Notes under the pieces: model-generated
What the model saw: only the letters and a program-made list of their open reading frames with translations
Database searches by the model: none
Told to the model about the DNA's origin: nothing
Translations under genes and position numbers: made by a program
Shown here: positions 41,540 through 51,392 of the stretch, one piece after another
Numbering within the stretch: position 1 is the stretch's first letter
Layout: the number at the start of each line of letters is the position of its first letter
Assembly: GCA_965232515.1 (NCBI GenBank)
Contig: CBDDPY010000002.1
Span: forward strand, 4,352,001 to 4,416,000
DNA: 64,000 nt
Origin: Alphaproteobacteria bacterium
Lineage (GTDB): Bacteria; Pseudomonadota; Alphaproteobacteria; GCA-2731375
Direction: 5' to 3'

Positions 41540-42226
41540 ATGTTCGTGCTTGGACTGACGGGCTCAATCGGGATGGGCAAAAGCGAGACGGCGAAGATGT
41601 TTCGGCGCCTGGGCGTGCCCGTCTACGACGCCGATGCGGCCGTGCATGCGTTGCAGGCCCCGGGCGGCGCGGCGCTGCCGTCGATCGAGGCGGCGTTTCC
41701 GGGCGTCGTGCACGACGGCGTGCTGGACCGCGCGGCGCTGCGGAGCCGTGTGGTCGGCGATGCCGCGGCGCTCCGACGGCTGGAGGGCATCATCCATCCC
41801 ATGGTCGGCCGCCGTCAGCGGGCGTTTCTGGCCGGCGCCGTGCGACGGCGGGAGCCGCTGGTGGTGATCGACGTGCCGCTGCTGTTCGAGACCAATGGCG
41901 AAGCGCGCTGCGACGCCACCGCCGTCGTCAGCGCGCCGTTCGCGATCCAGAAGGCGCGCGTGCTGGCCCGGCCGAACATGGACGCCGACACCTTTGCCAA
42001 GATCCTGCGGCAGCAGGTGCCCGACGTGGTCAAGCGTCAGCGCGCCGATTTCATCATTCCGTCCAGCCTCGGACGGCGGCATGCCTTGTCATGCGTGCGG
42101 CACATCGTCAAACTCTGCCGGCAGCGAATCGGCCATGCTTGGCCGCCGCGCGGCCTGCCGCGGCGACGACCGCCGCGCCATCCCAGCCGAAGGTCCATCC
42201 ATGCGCGAAGTCGTTCTGGACACTGA
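41540..42226 (+). CDS. coaE: Dephospho-CoA kinase
   Basis: GLTGSIGMGKS, DAD, DVPLLFE; basic tail overlaps the dnaQ start. Confidence 0.95.
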   Translation: MFVLGLTGSIGMGKSETAKMFRRLGVPVYDADAAVHALQAPGGAALPSIEAAFPGVVHDGVLDRAALRSRVVGDAAALRRLEGIIHPMVGRRQRAFLAGAVRRREPLVVIDVPLLFETNGEARCDATAVVSAPFAIQKARVLARPNMDADTFAKILRQQVPDVVKRQRADFIIPSSLGRRHALSCVRHIVKLCRQRIGHAWPPRGLPRRRPPRHPSRRSIHARSRSGH

Positions 42227-42875
42227 AACCACCGGTCTCGACCCGGCGGTCGGTCATCGCATCGTCGAGATCGGCTGCGTCGAGTTGTTGAACCACGTCG
42301 CGACCGGCAAGACCTGGCAGGCCTATATCAATCCCGAGCGCGACATGCCGGAAGAAGCCTTCGCCGTGCACGGCCTGTCGGAGACGTTTCTGGCCGACAA
42401 GCCGACGTTCCATGCCGTCGCCGACGATTTCATCGCGTTTGTCGGCGACAGCAAGCTGGTCATCCACAACGCCGATTTCGATCTGAAGTTCATCAATGCC
42501 GAGCTGGCGGCGCTCGACCGCGCGGCGATTTCCCGCGACCGGGCCGTCGATACCGTGTCGATGGCGCGGCGCAAGTTCCCCGGCGCGCCGGCGAGCCTCG
42601 ATGCCTTGTGCAAGCGCTTCAATGTCGATTCCTCGGCGCGCACCAAGCACGGCGCCCTGCTCGACTCCGAGCTGCTGGCCGAGGTCTATCTGGAGCTGAT
42701 CGGCGGGCGTCAGCCGGGCCTAAGCCTCGCTGCCAATGCCGGACCGCAGGCGAGCGTGCCCGTGGCCGAACGGGAAATCCGGCCGCCGCGGCCGCACGCG
42801 CCGACCGCCGCCGAGATCGAAGCGCACGAAGCGTTTCTCGAGCGCGACGTAAAGTCGCCAATCTGGAAGCAGTAA
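42201..42875 (+). CDS. dnaQ: DNA polymerase III epsilon subunit
   Basis: LDTETTG, HNADFD, HGALLDS exonuclease motifs. Confidence 0.96.
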   Translation: MREVVLDTETTGLDPAVGHRIVEIGCVELLNHVATGKTWQAYINPERDMPEEAFAVHGLSETFLADKPTFHAVADDFIAFVGDSKLVIHNADFDLKFINAELAALDRAAISRDRAVDTVSMARRKFPGAPASLDALCKRFNVDSSARTKHGALLDSELLAEVYLELIGGRQPGLSLAANAGPQASVPVAEREIRPPRPHAPTAAEIEAHEAFLERDVKSPIWKQ

Positions 42876-42897
42876 CGACCGTAACAGGGATCGCCGA

Positions 42898-43470
42898 TCA
42901 GGCGGTGGTGTTGTCGGCGGCCTCACCCTCGCCCGGTGCACCGTCGGCCGCCGCGCCATCGCCTTGCGCCCCATCGCCCGCCGGCGCGGCTTGGGCCTGC
43001 TGCGCCTGTTGTTGCTGCTCGACGAACAGGCGGGCGAAATCGATCGGCTCCAGCAGCAGCGGCGGGTAGCCGCCGTCGCGGGTCGCATCGGCGACAATGC
43101 GCCGGGCAAACGGGAACAGCAGCCGGGGACATTCGATCAGGCAAACCGGCTTCAGGCTTTCTTGTGGCACGTTCAGCAGCGTGAAAACGCCGGCGTAGAG
43201 GACCTCGACCACGAATGCCTGATGCTCGGCCCGCTTGGCATGCGCGGTGATGCGCAGCTCGACCTCGTAGCGGTTGTCGCCGAGCGCGCGCGCCCCGACA
43301 TCCACCGACACCTCGATCTGCGGTGCGTCCTGGCTGGCCAGCAGGCTCTGCGGCGCGTTTGGATTCTCGAACGACAGATCCTTCACATACTGCGCGTTGA
43401 TCTGCACCTGCGGCATCTGGTTCGCATCGGCCGCGCCCGGTCCGGCAGCGCCGGCGCTGGTGTCGGTCAT
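42898..43470 (-). CDS. secB: Protein export chaperone SecB
   Basis: [28 protein letters not shown]. Confidence 0.96.
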   Translation of the reverse strand: MTDTSAGAAGPGAADANQMPQVQINAQYVKDLSFENPNAPQSLLASQDAPQIEVSVDVGARALGDNRYEVELRITAHAKRAEHQAFVVEVLYAGVFTLLNVPQESLKPVCLIECPRLLFPFARRIVADATRDGGYPPLLLEPIDFARLFVEQQQQAQQAQAAPAGDGAQGDGAAADGAPGEGEAADNTTA

Positions 43471-43549
43471 TCCTGGGGATCCTCCGGTCAAGGCCCGGCT
43501 TGGGCCGGGCCGTTGGCTATCACGGAACCGCGTCGACCGGCAAGGTCGC

Positions 43550-44059
43550 TCAACGCGGCGTGCGGTTCTTGTCGTCGATGCGCTTGTCGGTCGGCGTCAC
43601 GTCATCGACGTCGTCAAGGTCTTCGAATTCGCCGTCGATGGTTGACCCGTCGCTGTAGCGGCCCGGACCCGGACCGCGTGTGTGATGCATGTGCACCCGG
43701 CCCGAGGTGACGAACCAGCGGCCCAAAAGCTGGCGCAAACCTGCCCGCACGGGCGGAATGAACAGCGAGCCGCCGATGGCGTCTGTGACAAATCCAGGTG
43801 TTAACAGCAACGCGCCGGCGACAAGCAGGCACAGTCCGTCAAAGACCTCGCGCAATGGCAGCTCGCCGCGATTCATGGCCGATTGCGCCCGATGCAGCGT
43901 CGAAAGCCCCTGCAGCCGCAGCATATAGGTGCCGGCCAGCGCCGTGGCGACGACCACGGCCAATGTCGAGGCCAGGCCGATGCGTCCGCCGACCTCGATA
44001 AACACCGCGATTTCGATCAGCGGTACGGCAATAAATGCCAGAAGGATGAGCAGGGCCAA
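43550..44059 (-). CDS. fxsA: FxsA family membrane protein
   Basis: PLIEIAVFIEVG, LLLTPGFVTD, IDGEF. Confidence 0.92.
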   Translation of the reverse strand: MALLILLAFIAVPLIEIAVFIEVGGRIGLASTLAVVVATALAGTYMLRLQGLSTLHRAQSAMNRGELPLREVFDGLCLLVAGALLLTPGFVTDAIGGSLFIPPVRAGLRQLLGRWFVTSGRVHMHHTRGPGPGRYSDGSTIDGEFEDLDDVDDVTPTDKRIDDKNRTPR

Positions 44060-44225
44060 GCTTGTCCCCTCTGTCGCAAGGAACTATTTAACTTATAACG
44101 GTTTCCATACGTATCGCGGTGGCTGGACTCAGTTCGAGACGAGTCGTAGTGTGGTCTGACCAACGGCCAAGCCGGGCCACCCGATCCGCGTGCAAATCTC
44201 GCACGTATACTCCAGACGGGCAAAC

Positions 44226-44915
44226 ATGGGCGAAGGTCTACAGTTTCTCGACATCATCTTTTTCGTCATGGTGGCGGGATTCGTCCTGTTGCGGCTCCGC
44301 AGCGTGCTGGGTCGTCGGACCGGACATGAACGGCGGCGGCAGGATTCGTTCACCAGCAAGGACGAAGCTGCTGACGATAATGTGGTGTCGCTTCCGAACC
44401 GCGGCGACCAGGACACGGCCGCCGACAAGGAAGCCGAGGCGAAACTCTGGGCGGACGACTCGCCGATCGGCCCCGGCCTGACGCAGATCAAGATCGCCGA
44501 CCGTTCGTTCGAGCCTGGTGAATTCGTTGGCGGCGCCCGCGCCGCCTACGAGATGATCGTGCTGGCGTTCGCCGACGGCCGGCGCGACGACTTGAAGATG
44601 CTGCTCAACGACGAGGTCTACGAGAACTTCGAGCAGGCCATTCAGGGCCGCGAGGACGCCAACCAGACCATGGAGACCTCGATCACCGACCTGCGGTCGG
44701 CTGATATCGTCGAGGCCGGCATGAACGGCCGCAACGCCGAGGTCACGGTGAAGTTCGTCTCCGACATGATCAGCGTGGTTCGCGATCAGGACGGCGAGAT
44801 GATCCCCGGCTCGAACCCGGCCGAGCATGAAGTGGTCGACATCTGGACGTTCGCGCGCAACGTCGACGCGCGCGATCCCAACTGGGCGCTGGTCTCGACC
44901 CGCAGCGAAAACTAG
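44226..44915 (+). CDS. Tim44/TimA domain protein
   Basis: LRSVLGRRTG, GARAAYEMIV, DIWTFAR...DPNW. Confidence 0.92.
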   Translation: MGEGLQFLDIIFFVMVAGFVLLRLRSVLGRRTGHERRRQDSFTSKDEAADDNVVSLPNRGDQDTAADKEAEAKLWADDSPIGPGLTQIKIADRSFEPGEFVGGARAAYEMIVLAFADGRRDDLKMLLNDEVYENFEQAIQGREDANQTMETSITDLRSADIVEAGMNGRNAEVTVKFVSDMISVVRDQDGEMIPGSNPAEHEVVDIWTFARNVDARDPNWALVSTRSEN

Positions 44916-44927
44916 TTCCGCCAAACG

Positions 44928-46130
44928 ATGTCCGGCCGCGTCGCGGCAATTCTCGCCATACCGGTTCTGATCGGTCTCGGCCTCGGCCTGTGGCTGATCA
45001 GCAAGCCCAGTCTGGCGCCCCGCCTGGCGTTGGTCCCGGCCGCGTTCGACGATCTGCGGGGCTGGGCCGACGATAACCACGCCGCGGCCGTGGCCGCCCT
45101 GCGGCGCAGCTGCGAACGTTGGCGGCGCCTGCCGGCCGACCGGGCGCTGGGCCGCAACGGCATCGCCGGCACCGTCGGCGATTGGCAGCCGATCTGCGCG
45201 GAAGCGCTGGCATTGCCGCCCGACGCGGCGGTGCCGGCCCGCGCCTTCTTCGAAAGCTATTTCAGGCCTTATGCCGTGGCGATGGGCGGCGAGACCGCGG
45301 GCTTGTTCACCGGTTATTACGAGGCGGCGTTGCGCGGCAGCCCTCAGCCGGACGGCGATTTCAAGACGCCGCTGCTGGCCAAGCCCGACGATCTGGTGAT
45401 GGTCGACCTCGGCCGCTTTCGCGACGACCTTGCCGGCGAACGGATCGCCGGCCGCGTGGTCGACGGACGGCTGGTGCCCTATGCGACGCGGGCCGATATC
45501 GATGGCGGTGCGCTGTCCGGCAGGGACTTGGAGCTGATCTGGGTTGACGATCCCGTGGACGCCTTCTTCCTGCAGATCCAGGGTTCGGGTCGGGTCGCCC
45601 TGCCCGACGGCGGCGATCTGCGGTTGGGTTATGCCGGCCACAACGGCCATCCCTACTTCGCCATTGGCCGCGAGCTGATCCGCCGCGGCGCGCTGACCCG
45701 CGAGACCGTGTCGATGCAGTCGATCCGGCAATGGCTGGCCGATAATCCGGACGAGGCCGTCGAGGTCATGCAGCTCAATGCGTCTTTCATTTTCTTCCAC
45801 CCGCTCGACACCGACGGACCGCTGGGCGCGCAGGGTGTGGTCCTGACGCCGGGCCGGTCGCTGGCGGTCGACCGGCGGCACGTGCCGCTGGGCCTGCCGA
45901 TCTGGCTCGACGCATCGGCGCCGTCGGCCGACGGCAGCGAGGACCGGCCGCTGCGCCGGCTGATGGTGGCGCAGGATACCGGCGGCGCGATCCGCGGTCC
46001 CATCCGCGGCGATGTCTACTGGGGCGGCGATGCGGCGGCGGCCGAGATCGCCGGCCGCATGAAGCATCCCGGCCGCTGGTATCTGCTGTTGCCGCGTTCG
46101 TTGCCACCGCCCGGTGTCGCCGCCAACTGA
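44928..46130 (+). CDS. mltA: Membrane-bound lytic murein transglycosylase A
   Basis: FTGYYE, FFLQIQGSG, AQDTGGAIRG..RGDVYWG. Confidence 0.95.
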   Translation: MSGRVAAILAIPVLIGLGLGLWLISKPSLAPRLALVPAAFDDLRGWADDNHAAAVAALRRSCERWRRLPADRALGRNGIAGTVGDWQPICAEALALPPDAAVPARAFFESYFRPYAVAMGGETAGLFTGYYEAALRGSPQPDGDFKTPLLAKPDDLVMVDLGRFRDDLAGERIAGRVVDGRLVPYATRADIDGGALSGRDLELIWVDDPVDAFFLQIQGSGRVALPDGGDLRLGYAGHNGHPYFAIGRELIRRGALTRETVSMQSIRQWLADNPDEAVEVMQLNASFIFFHPLDTDGPLGAQGVVLTPGRSLAVDRRHVPLGLPIWLDASAPSADGSEDRPLRRLMVAQDTGGAIRGPIRGDVYWGGDAAAAEIAGRMKHPGRWYLLLPRSLPPPGVAAN

Positions 46131-46176
46131 CGGCTGCTATATATTCTTAGTCGGCGATACGGGGTCAGGGAGTGGG

Positions 46177-46962
46177 ATGTCCGAGAAACCGAAGAATGTT
46201 GGCCTGTTCGTTACCTGCCTGGCCGACCTGTTCCGGCCGACCGTCGGATTCGCGGCTGTCAAGCTGTTGGAAGACGCGGGCTGCCGGGTGCATGTGCCGA
46301 CCCAGACCTGTTGCGGCCAACCGGCGTTCAACGCCGGCGCCACGGCCAATGCGCAAGGCATTGCGCGCGACGTAATCGCCGCGTTCGAGCGTTTCGACTA
46401 TGTCGTCGCGCCGTCCGGGTCGTGCGCTGGCATGATCAGCAAGCACTATCCCGAGCTGTTTCAAGACGATCCGACTTGGTCGAAGCGGGCCCGCGCGCTC
46501 GCCATCAAGACGTTCGAGCTGGTGAGCTTCCTGACCGACGTGCTGGGCGTGCGCGAGGTCGACGCGGCGTTCGAGGGCAAGGTCACCTATCACGACTCCT
46601 GCTCGGGTCTGCGCGAGCTCAACGTAAAGCGCCAGCCGCGGCAACTGCTGCGCCAGGTCGAGGGGCTGGAGCTGGTCGAGCTGCCAAGCGCCGAGGAGTG
46701 CTGCGGCTTCGGCGGCACGTTCTGCGTGAAATACGCCGACATCTCCATCGACATCGTCGAGCGTAAGCGCAAGGACGTCGTCGCCACCGGAGCCGATATG
46801 CTGCTGGCCGGCGACCTCGGTTGCCTGATGAACATGGCCGGGCGGCTGCATCGTGAAGGCGGCGGCGTAAAGGTCCGCCACGTGGCCGAGGTGCTGGCGG
46901 GCATGACGGACGACGCGCCGCCGATCGGCGATGCCGGCGCGACGCCGGCGCGGGAGGGCTGA
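46177..46962 (+). CDS. lutA: Lactate utilisation Fe-S oxidoreductase LutA/YkgE
   Basis: QTCCGQP, SGSC, YHDSC, CCGFGG CCG domains. Confidence 0.92.
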   Translation: MSEKPKNVGLFVTCLADLFRPTVGFAAVKLLEDAGCRVHVPTQTCCGQPAFNAGATANAQGIARDVIAAFERFDYVVAPSGSCAGMISKHYPELFQDDPTWSKRARALAIKTFELVSFLTDVLGVREVDAAFEGKVTYHDSCSGLRELNVKRQPRQLLRQVEGLELVELPSAEECCGFGGTFCVKYADISIDIVERKRKDVVATGADMLLAGDLGCLMNMAGRLHREGGGVKVRHVAEVLAGMTDDAPPIGDAGATPAREG

Positions 46963-46965
46963 GCC

Positions 46966-48402
46966 ATGGAGTTCATGCAGTCCCGCAAGTTCAAGGACAA
47001 CGCGCGGGAGGCCATGGCCGACCGCAATCTGCAGTCGGCGCTGGCGCAGTTGAAGGGCGGTTTCATTCCCCGGCGGCAGGAAGCGGCCGATCGCCTGCCC
47101 GAGTTCGACGCGCTGCGGGACCGCGCCCGGGAACTCAAGGATCACGTGCTGGCGAACCTCGACTTCTATCTCGAGACCTTCGAAGAGAACTGCCGGGCGG
47201 CCGGCGGCAGCGTGCACTGGTGCGCGACGGCCGAGGACGCCCGCGCCGCGATCCTGGGCATCTGCCGCGAGGCCGGTGCCAAGACGGTGACCAAGGGCAA
47301 GAGCATGGTCGCCGAGGAAATCCATCTGAACGGCTTCCTCGAACGCCATGGCATCACGCCGGTCGAAACCGATCTCGGCGAATACATCATCCAGCTGGCC
47401 GAGGAGCCGCCGAGCCACATCATCGGTCCGGCCGTGCACAAGACCAAGGATCAGGTCTCGGACCTGTTCCTGGAGCATCACCGGCAATACGGTAAGACCG
47501 TGCGGCAGACCGAGCCGGCGGCGATCATCAACGAGGCGCGCGAGGTTCTGCGCCAGAAGTATTTCGACGCCGACGTCGGCATCACCGGCGCCAACTTCCT
47601 GATCGCCGAGACCGGCAGCACGATCATCGTCACCAACGAGGGCAACGGCGATCTGACGCAGACCCTGCCGAAGACGCATATCGTCGTCACCTCGATCGAA
47701 AAGGTCATCCCCACGCTGGAGGATGTCTCGACGATCCTGCGCGTGCTTGCCCGCTCGGCCACCGGCCAGGATTTCTCGGCCTACACCACGCTGTCGACCG
47801 GAGGCCGCCGGGACGGCGATCTCGACGGGCCCGAGAACTTCCACGTGATCCTGCTGGACAACGGGCGCAGCGCCATGCTGGGCACCGAGTTCCAGGACAT
47901 GCTGCGCTGCATCCGCTGCGGCGCCTGCATGAACCATTGTCCGGTCTATCACTCGGTCGGCGGCCACACCTATGGCGCGGTCTATGTCGGACCCATGGGC
48001 GCCGTGCTGACGCCGTCGCTGGAGGGCATCGACGATGCCCGGCATCTGCCCAGCGCCTCGACCTTCTGCGGCCGTTGCGAAAGCGTCTGCCCGATGAAGA
48101 TCCCGCTGCCGAAGATGATGCGGCATTGGCGCGAACGCGCCTATGACAGCGGCGCCAGCCCGCCCCTGGAACGCTGGGGCGTCAATGTCTGGGCCTGGAC
48201 GGCGCGGCAGCCCTGGCTCTACGGCGCTGGCGCGCGATTGGCCGTACGCCTGCTGAAGCGGCTGGGCCGCGGCAATGGCCGCCTCCGGCGGCTGCCGCTG
48301 GCCGGCGGCTGGACCAAGGGCCGCGACTTTCCGACGCCCGAGGGCAAAACCTTTCAGGAGCAGTGGCGGGCCCGGCAGCGGGCGGCGCGGGTGGGGCCAT
48401 GA
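46966..48402 (+). CDS. lutB: Lactate utilisation Fe-S protein LutB/YkgF
   Basis: KGKSM, ETDLGE, CIRCGACMNHCP, CGRCESVCP. Confidence 0.94.
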   Translation: MEFMQSRKFKDNAREAMADRNLQSALAQLKGGFIPRRQEAADRLPEFDALRDRARELKDHVLANLDFYLETFEENCRAAGGSVHWCATAEDARAAILGICREAGAKTVTKGKSMVAEEIHLNGFLERHGITPVETDLGEYIIQLAEEPPSHIIGPAVHKTKDQVSDLFLEHHRQYGKTVRQTEPAAIINEAREVLRQKYFDADVGITGANFLIAETGSTIIVTNEGNGDLTQTLPKTHIVVTSIEKVIPTLEDVSTILRVLARSATGQDFSAYTTLSTGGRRDGDLDGPENFHVILLDNGRSAMLGTEFQDMLRCIRCGACMNHCPVYHSVGGHTYGAVYVGPMGAVLTPSLEGIDDARHLPSASTFCGRCESVCPMKIPLPKMMRHWRERAYDSGASPPLERWGVNVWAWTARQPWLYGAGARLAVRLLKRLGRGNGRLRRLPLAGGWTKGRDFPTPEGKTFQEQWRARQRAARVGP

Positions 48403-49106
48403 CAGAAGCGGCCGATCCGAAGCGAACGGCGATGCTCGCCAGCATCCGGCAGTCGCTCGGCCGGTCCGGGCTGAGCCGGGACGCCCGGCGCGAGCTCGAC
48501 GACCGCATCCGTCGGCACAAGGCGAACCTGATTCCGAAGCGCGGCCGCGGCAACCATGCCGAACAGGTCGAGCGTTTCGTCGCCATGGCCGAGTCGGTGG
48601 CCGCGACGGTGGAACGGCTGGAGAAAGACACCGATGTGCCGGCCGCGCTGGCGGCCTATCTGCGCCAGCACAACCTGCCGATGGAGGTGATGCTGGCGCC
48701 GACCGACTGGCTGTGCGATCTGCCCTGGGAAAGCCAGCCCATGCTGACGGTGCGCAGCGGCAGCGCCCGCAACGAGGACATGGTGTCGCTGACGCCCGCC
48801 TTCGCCGGCATCGCCGAGACGGGCACGCTGATGATGACCAGCGGCGGCGCGCATCCGACGACGCTGAACTTCCTGCCGGATCACCATGTCGTCGCGATCC
48901 GCAAGAGCCAGATCGTCGGCGCCTACGAAGACGCCTGGGACCGGCTGCGCAAGGACCGGAAGAACGGCCGTGGCTTCGACTTGCCGCGCACGGTGAACAT
49001 GATCACCGGGCCATCGCGCACCGGCGATATCGAGCTGACCATCCATCTCGGCGCGCACGGCCCCCGCAGCCTCCACATCCTGCTGATCGATGACGACCCG
49101 TCGTGA
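48399..49106 (+). CDS. lutC: Lactate utilisation protein LutC/YkgG
   Basis: IAETGT, ITGPSRTGDIE, GAHGP. Confidence 0.92.
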   Translation: MTEAADPKRTAMLASIRQSLGRSGLSRDARRELDDRIRRHKANLIPKRGRGNHAEQVERFVAMAESVAATVERLEKDTDVPAALAAYLRQHNLPMEVMLAPTDWLCDLPWESQPMLTVRSGSARNEDMVSLTPAFAGIAETGTLMMTSGGAHPTTLNFLPDHHVVAIRKSQIVGAYEDAWDRLRKDRKNGRGFDLPRTVNMITGPSRTGDIELTIHLGAHGPRSLHILLIDDDPS

Positions 49107-49671
49107 CAAGCGCGGCAAACCGAAGGACCGCCGGCCGACGGAAGACGAGCTGACCCTGTTCGAGTCGGCGATGCGCGACACGGCGCGCCGTCGGCCCGCA
49201 GCACCGCGCGCAGAGGTGAAGCCGGCCGCCGCAAAGAAGCCGCCGCCGAAACCGACGACAAGCCGTCGAACGCCCGTTGCGCCTAAGCCGGCGGCGCCGA
49301 ACGGCGTCGACAAGCGCACGGCGCAACGGTTGCAGCGCGGGCAGATGCCGATCGAAGCCCGCCTCGATCTGCATGGCCGGCAGCAGACCGCCGCGCACCG
49401 CGAGCTCACCGCCTTCATCAACGCCAGCCACGCGGTCGGACGGCGCTGCGTCCTGATCATCACCGGCAAGGGCGCGCCGCGGGCCGAGGATGCGGACGAG
49501 ATCATGCCCGACCGGCAACGCGGCGTTCTGAAGCGGCAGGTGCCGCTTTGGCTGTCCGAGGCGGGATTACATGAAAAGGTACTGTCCGTGCAGCCGGCGC
49601 GACGTCAACATGGCGGCGACGGCGCGCTCTACGTGCTGCTGCGACGGCGGCGGGAGAGTAAGCCGAAATGA
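49090..49671 (+). CDS. Smr domain protein
   Basis: LDLHG, IITGKG, HGGDGALYV. Confidence 0.93.
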   Translation: MTTRRDKRGKPKDRRPTEDELTLFESAMRDTARRRPAAPRAEVKPAAAKKPPPKPTTSRRTPVAPKPAAPNGVDKRTAQRLQRGQMPIEARLDLHGRQQTAAHRELTAFINASHAVGRRCVLIITGKGAPRAEDADEIMPDRQRGVLKRQVPLWLSEAGLHEKVLSVQPARRQHGGDGALYVLLRRRRESKPK

Positions 49672-49684
49672 TGGAGGGCTTGTA

Positions 49685-50158
49685 ATGCTGCTGGAAGGGT
49701 CCTGTCATTGCGGCGCGGTCCGGTTCTCGGTGGAGTCGCACACGCCGCAGCCCTATATGCGCTGCTATTGCTCGATCTGCCGCAAGACGGCGGGAAGCGG
49801 CGGGTTCGCGATCAATCTGGCGGGCGTTGCCGACAGCCTGCAGGTGGACGGCCGGGAGAATATGTCGATCTACCGCGCCAGGCGGAATGGCGGCGAAAGC
49901 GACCTGCAGCGGCATTTCTGCAAGATCTGCGGCTCGGCCCTGTGGTGCTACAGCGAACACTGGCCGGAGCTGATCCACCCGCACGCGTCAGCCATCGATA
50001 CGCCCCTGCCGCGGCCCACGGCCTTTGTCGACATCATGCTGGACTCGGCCGCGCCCTGGGTCGTGCCGCACGAGGGCGACAACATCGACAGGTTCCGCGA
50101 ATACCCCAACGAGTCGATCGACGACTGGCACAAGTCCCGTGGCCTCTGGGTCGACTGA
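49685..50158 (+). CDS. GFA/CENP-V family zinc protein
   Basis: GSCHCGAV, CYCSICRK, FCKICGS. Confidence 0.9.
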   Translation: MLLEGSCHCGAVRFSVESHTPQPYMRCYCSICRKTAGSGGFAINLAGVADSLQVDGRENMSIYRARRNGGESDLQRHFCKICGSALWCYSEHWPELIHPHASAIDTPLPRPTAFVDIMLDSAAPWVVPHEGDNIDRFREYPNESIDDWHKSRGLWVD

Positions 50159-50159
50159 C

Positions 50160-51026
50160 ATGTCCGGCGCCGACGACCTGTTCCAGCATCACTATGCCGA
50201 CCTCTCAGAGGTGCGCATGCATTACGTCACGGCCGGCGACGGCCCGCCGCTGGTGCTGCTGCACGGCTGGCCGCAGACCTGGTACGAATGGCATAAGGTG
50301 ATTCCCGCGCTCGCCGAGCGCTTTTTGGTGATCGCGCCGGATCTGCGCGGCCTTGGCGATACCTCGCGGCCGGCCGACGGCTACGACAAAAAGACGGTGG
50401 CCGCGGATCTGCGCGAGCTGCTGGTCGACCGGCTCGGTCATCGGCGCATCAATCTCGCCGGCCACGACTGGGGCGGTCCCGTCGCCTATGCCTATGCCGC
50501 CGCCGATCCGGACTCGGTGCGGCGGCTGGCGATCCTCGACGTGGTGATCCCCGGCGATGGCGGCGATCTGAGCCAGGGCGGGCGGCGCTGGCATCACGCC
50601 TTCCACCGCACACCGGACCTGCCGGAAGCGCTGACCGAGGGACGCGAACGCATCTACCTGATCTGGTTCTACCGGACCTTCGCGCACCGCGCCGAGGCGT
50701 TCAGCGAGGCCGACATCGACGAATATGCGCGGTGCTATAGCCAGCCCGGCGCCATGCAGGCCGGTTTCGCCTATTACCGGGCCGTAAAGCAGGACATCGC
50801 CGACAATGCCGAGATCATCGCCCGGCGCAAGCTGCCGATGCCGGTGCTGGCGTTGGGCGGCGACAGCGCCTGGGGCCGGCGCGAGGAGCCGCTGGAGTCG
50901 CTGCGCCGCGTGGCGACCGATGTCGAGGGCGGGGTTGTCGCCGAATGCGGGCATTTCATCCCGGAGGAGCAGCCGGACGCGCTGGCCGCGCGGTTGCTGG
51001 CCTTCTTCGGCGCCGACGGCGACTGA
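50160..51026 (+). CDS. Alpha/beta hydrolase (epoxide hydrolase/fluoroacetate dehalogenase-like)
   Basis: LHGWP, GHDWGG nucleophile Asp, GHFIPEE. Confidence 0.9.
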   Translation: MSGADDLFQHHYADLSEVRMHYVTAGDGPPLVLLHGWPQTWYEWHKVIPALAERFLVIAPDLRGLGDTSRPADGYDKKTVAADLRELLVDRLGHRRINLAGHDWGGPVAYAYAAADPDSVRRLAILDVVIPGDGGDLSQGGRRWHHAFHRTPDLPEALTEGRERIYLIWFYRTFAHRAEAFSEADIDEYARCYSQPGAMQAGFAYYRAVKQDIADNAEIIARRKLPMPVLALGGDSAWGRREEPLESLRRVATDVEGGVVAECGHFIPEEQPDALAARLLAFFGADGD

Positions 51027-51032
51027 TCGCCG

Positions 51033-51392
51033 ATGACGCCGCTGGGTCAGCGCATTCGCCTATTGCGGCGGCGGCATCGGGTGACGCTGAAGCAGATGGC
51101 TGCCGACCTGCAGATCTCAGCCGCTTATCTGTCGGCGCTCGAACACGGTCATCGCGGCCGGCCGTCGCCGATCCTGGTGGATCAGATCTGCAGCTATTTC
51201 CACATAATCTGGGACGATGCCGACGAGTTGCGCCGGCTCGCCCGCCTCAGCCACCCCCGGATCACCATCGACACGTCCGGCCTCAGCCCGCGCCACACGC
51301 TGCTGGCCAACCGTCTGGCCGAGGCGATCCGCGATCTTTCCGAGGAAAAGGTCAATCGCATGCTACAAGAAGTGGGCGAGGAACCCGGTTAA
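51033..51392 (+). CDS. XRE-family HTH regulator
   Basis: MTPLG, SAAYLSALEHG, IIWDDA; usual neighbour of smr and hslU. Confidence 0.88.
   Translation: MTPLGQRIRLLRRRHRVTLKQMAADLQISAAYLSALEHGHRGRPSPILVDQICSYFHIIWDDADELRRLARLSHPRITIDTSGLSPRHTLLANRLAEAIRDLSEEKVNRMLQEVGEEPG

Noticed and set aside
42130-43030. Basic CoaE tail overlapping dnaQ and poly-Gln/Ala-Gly tail of SecB
   Set aside because: Low-complexity terminal extensions are common and give no evidence of function or frameshifting
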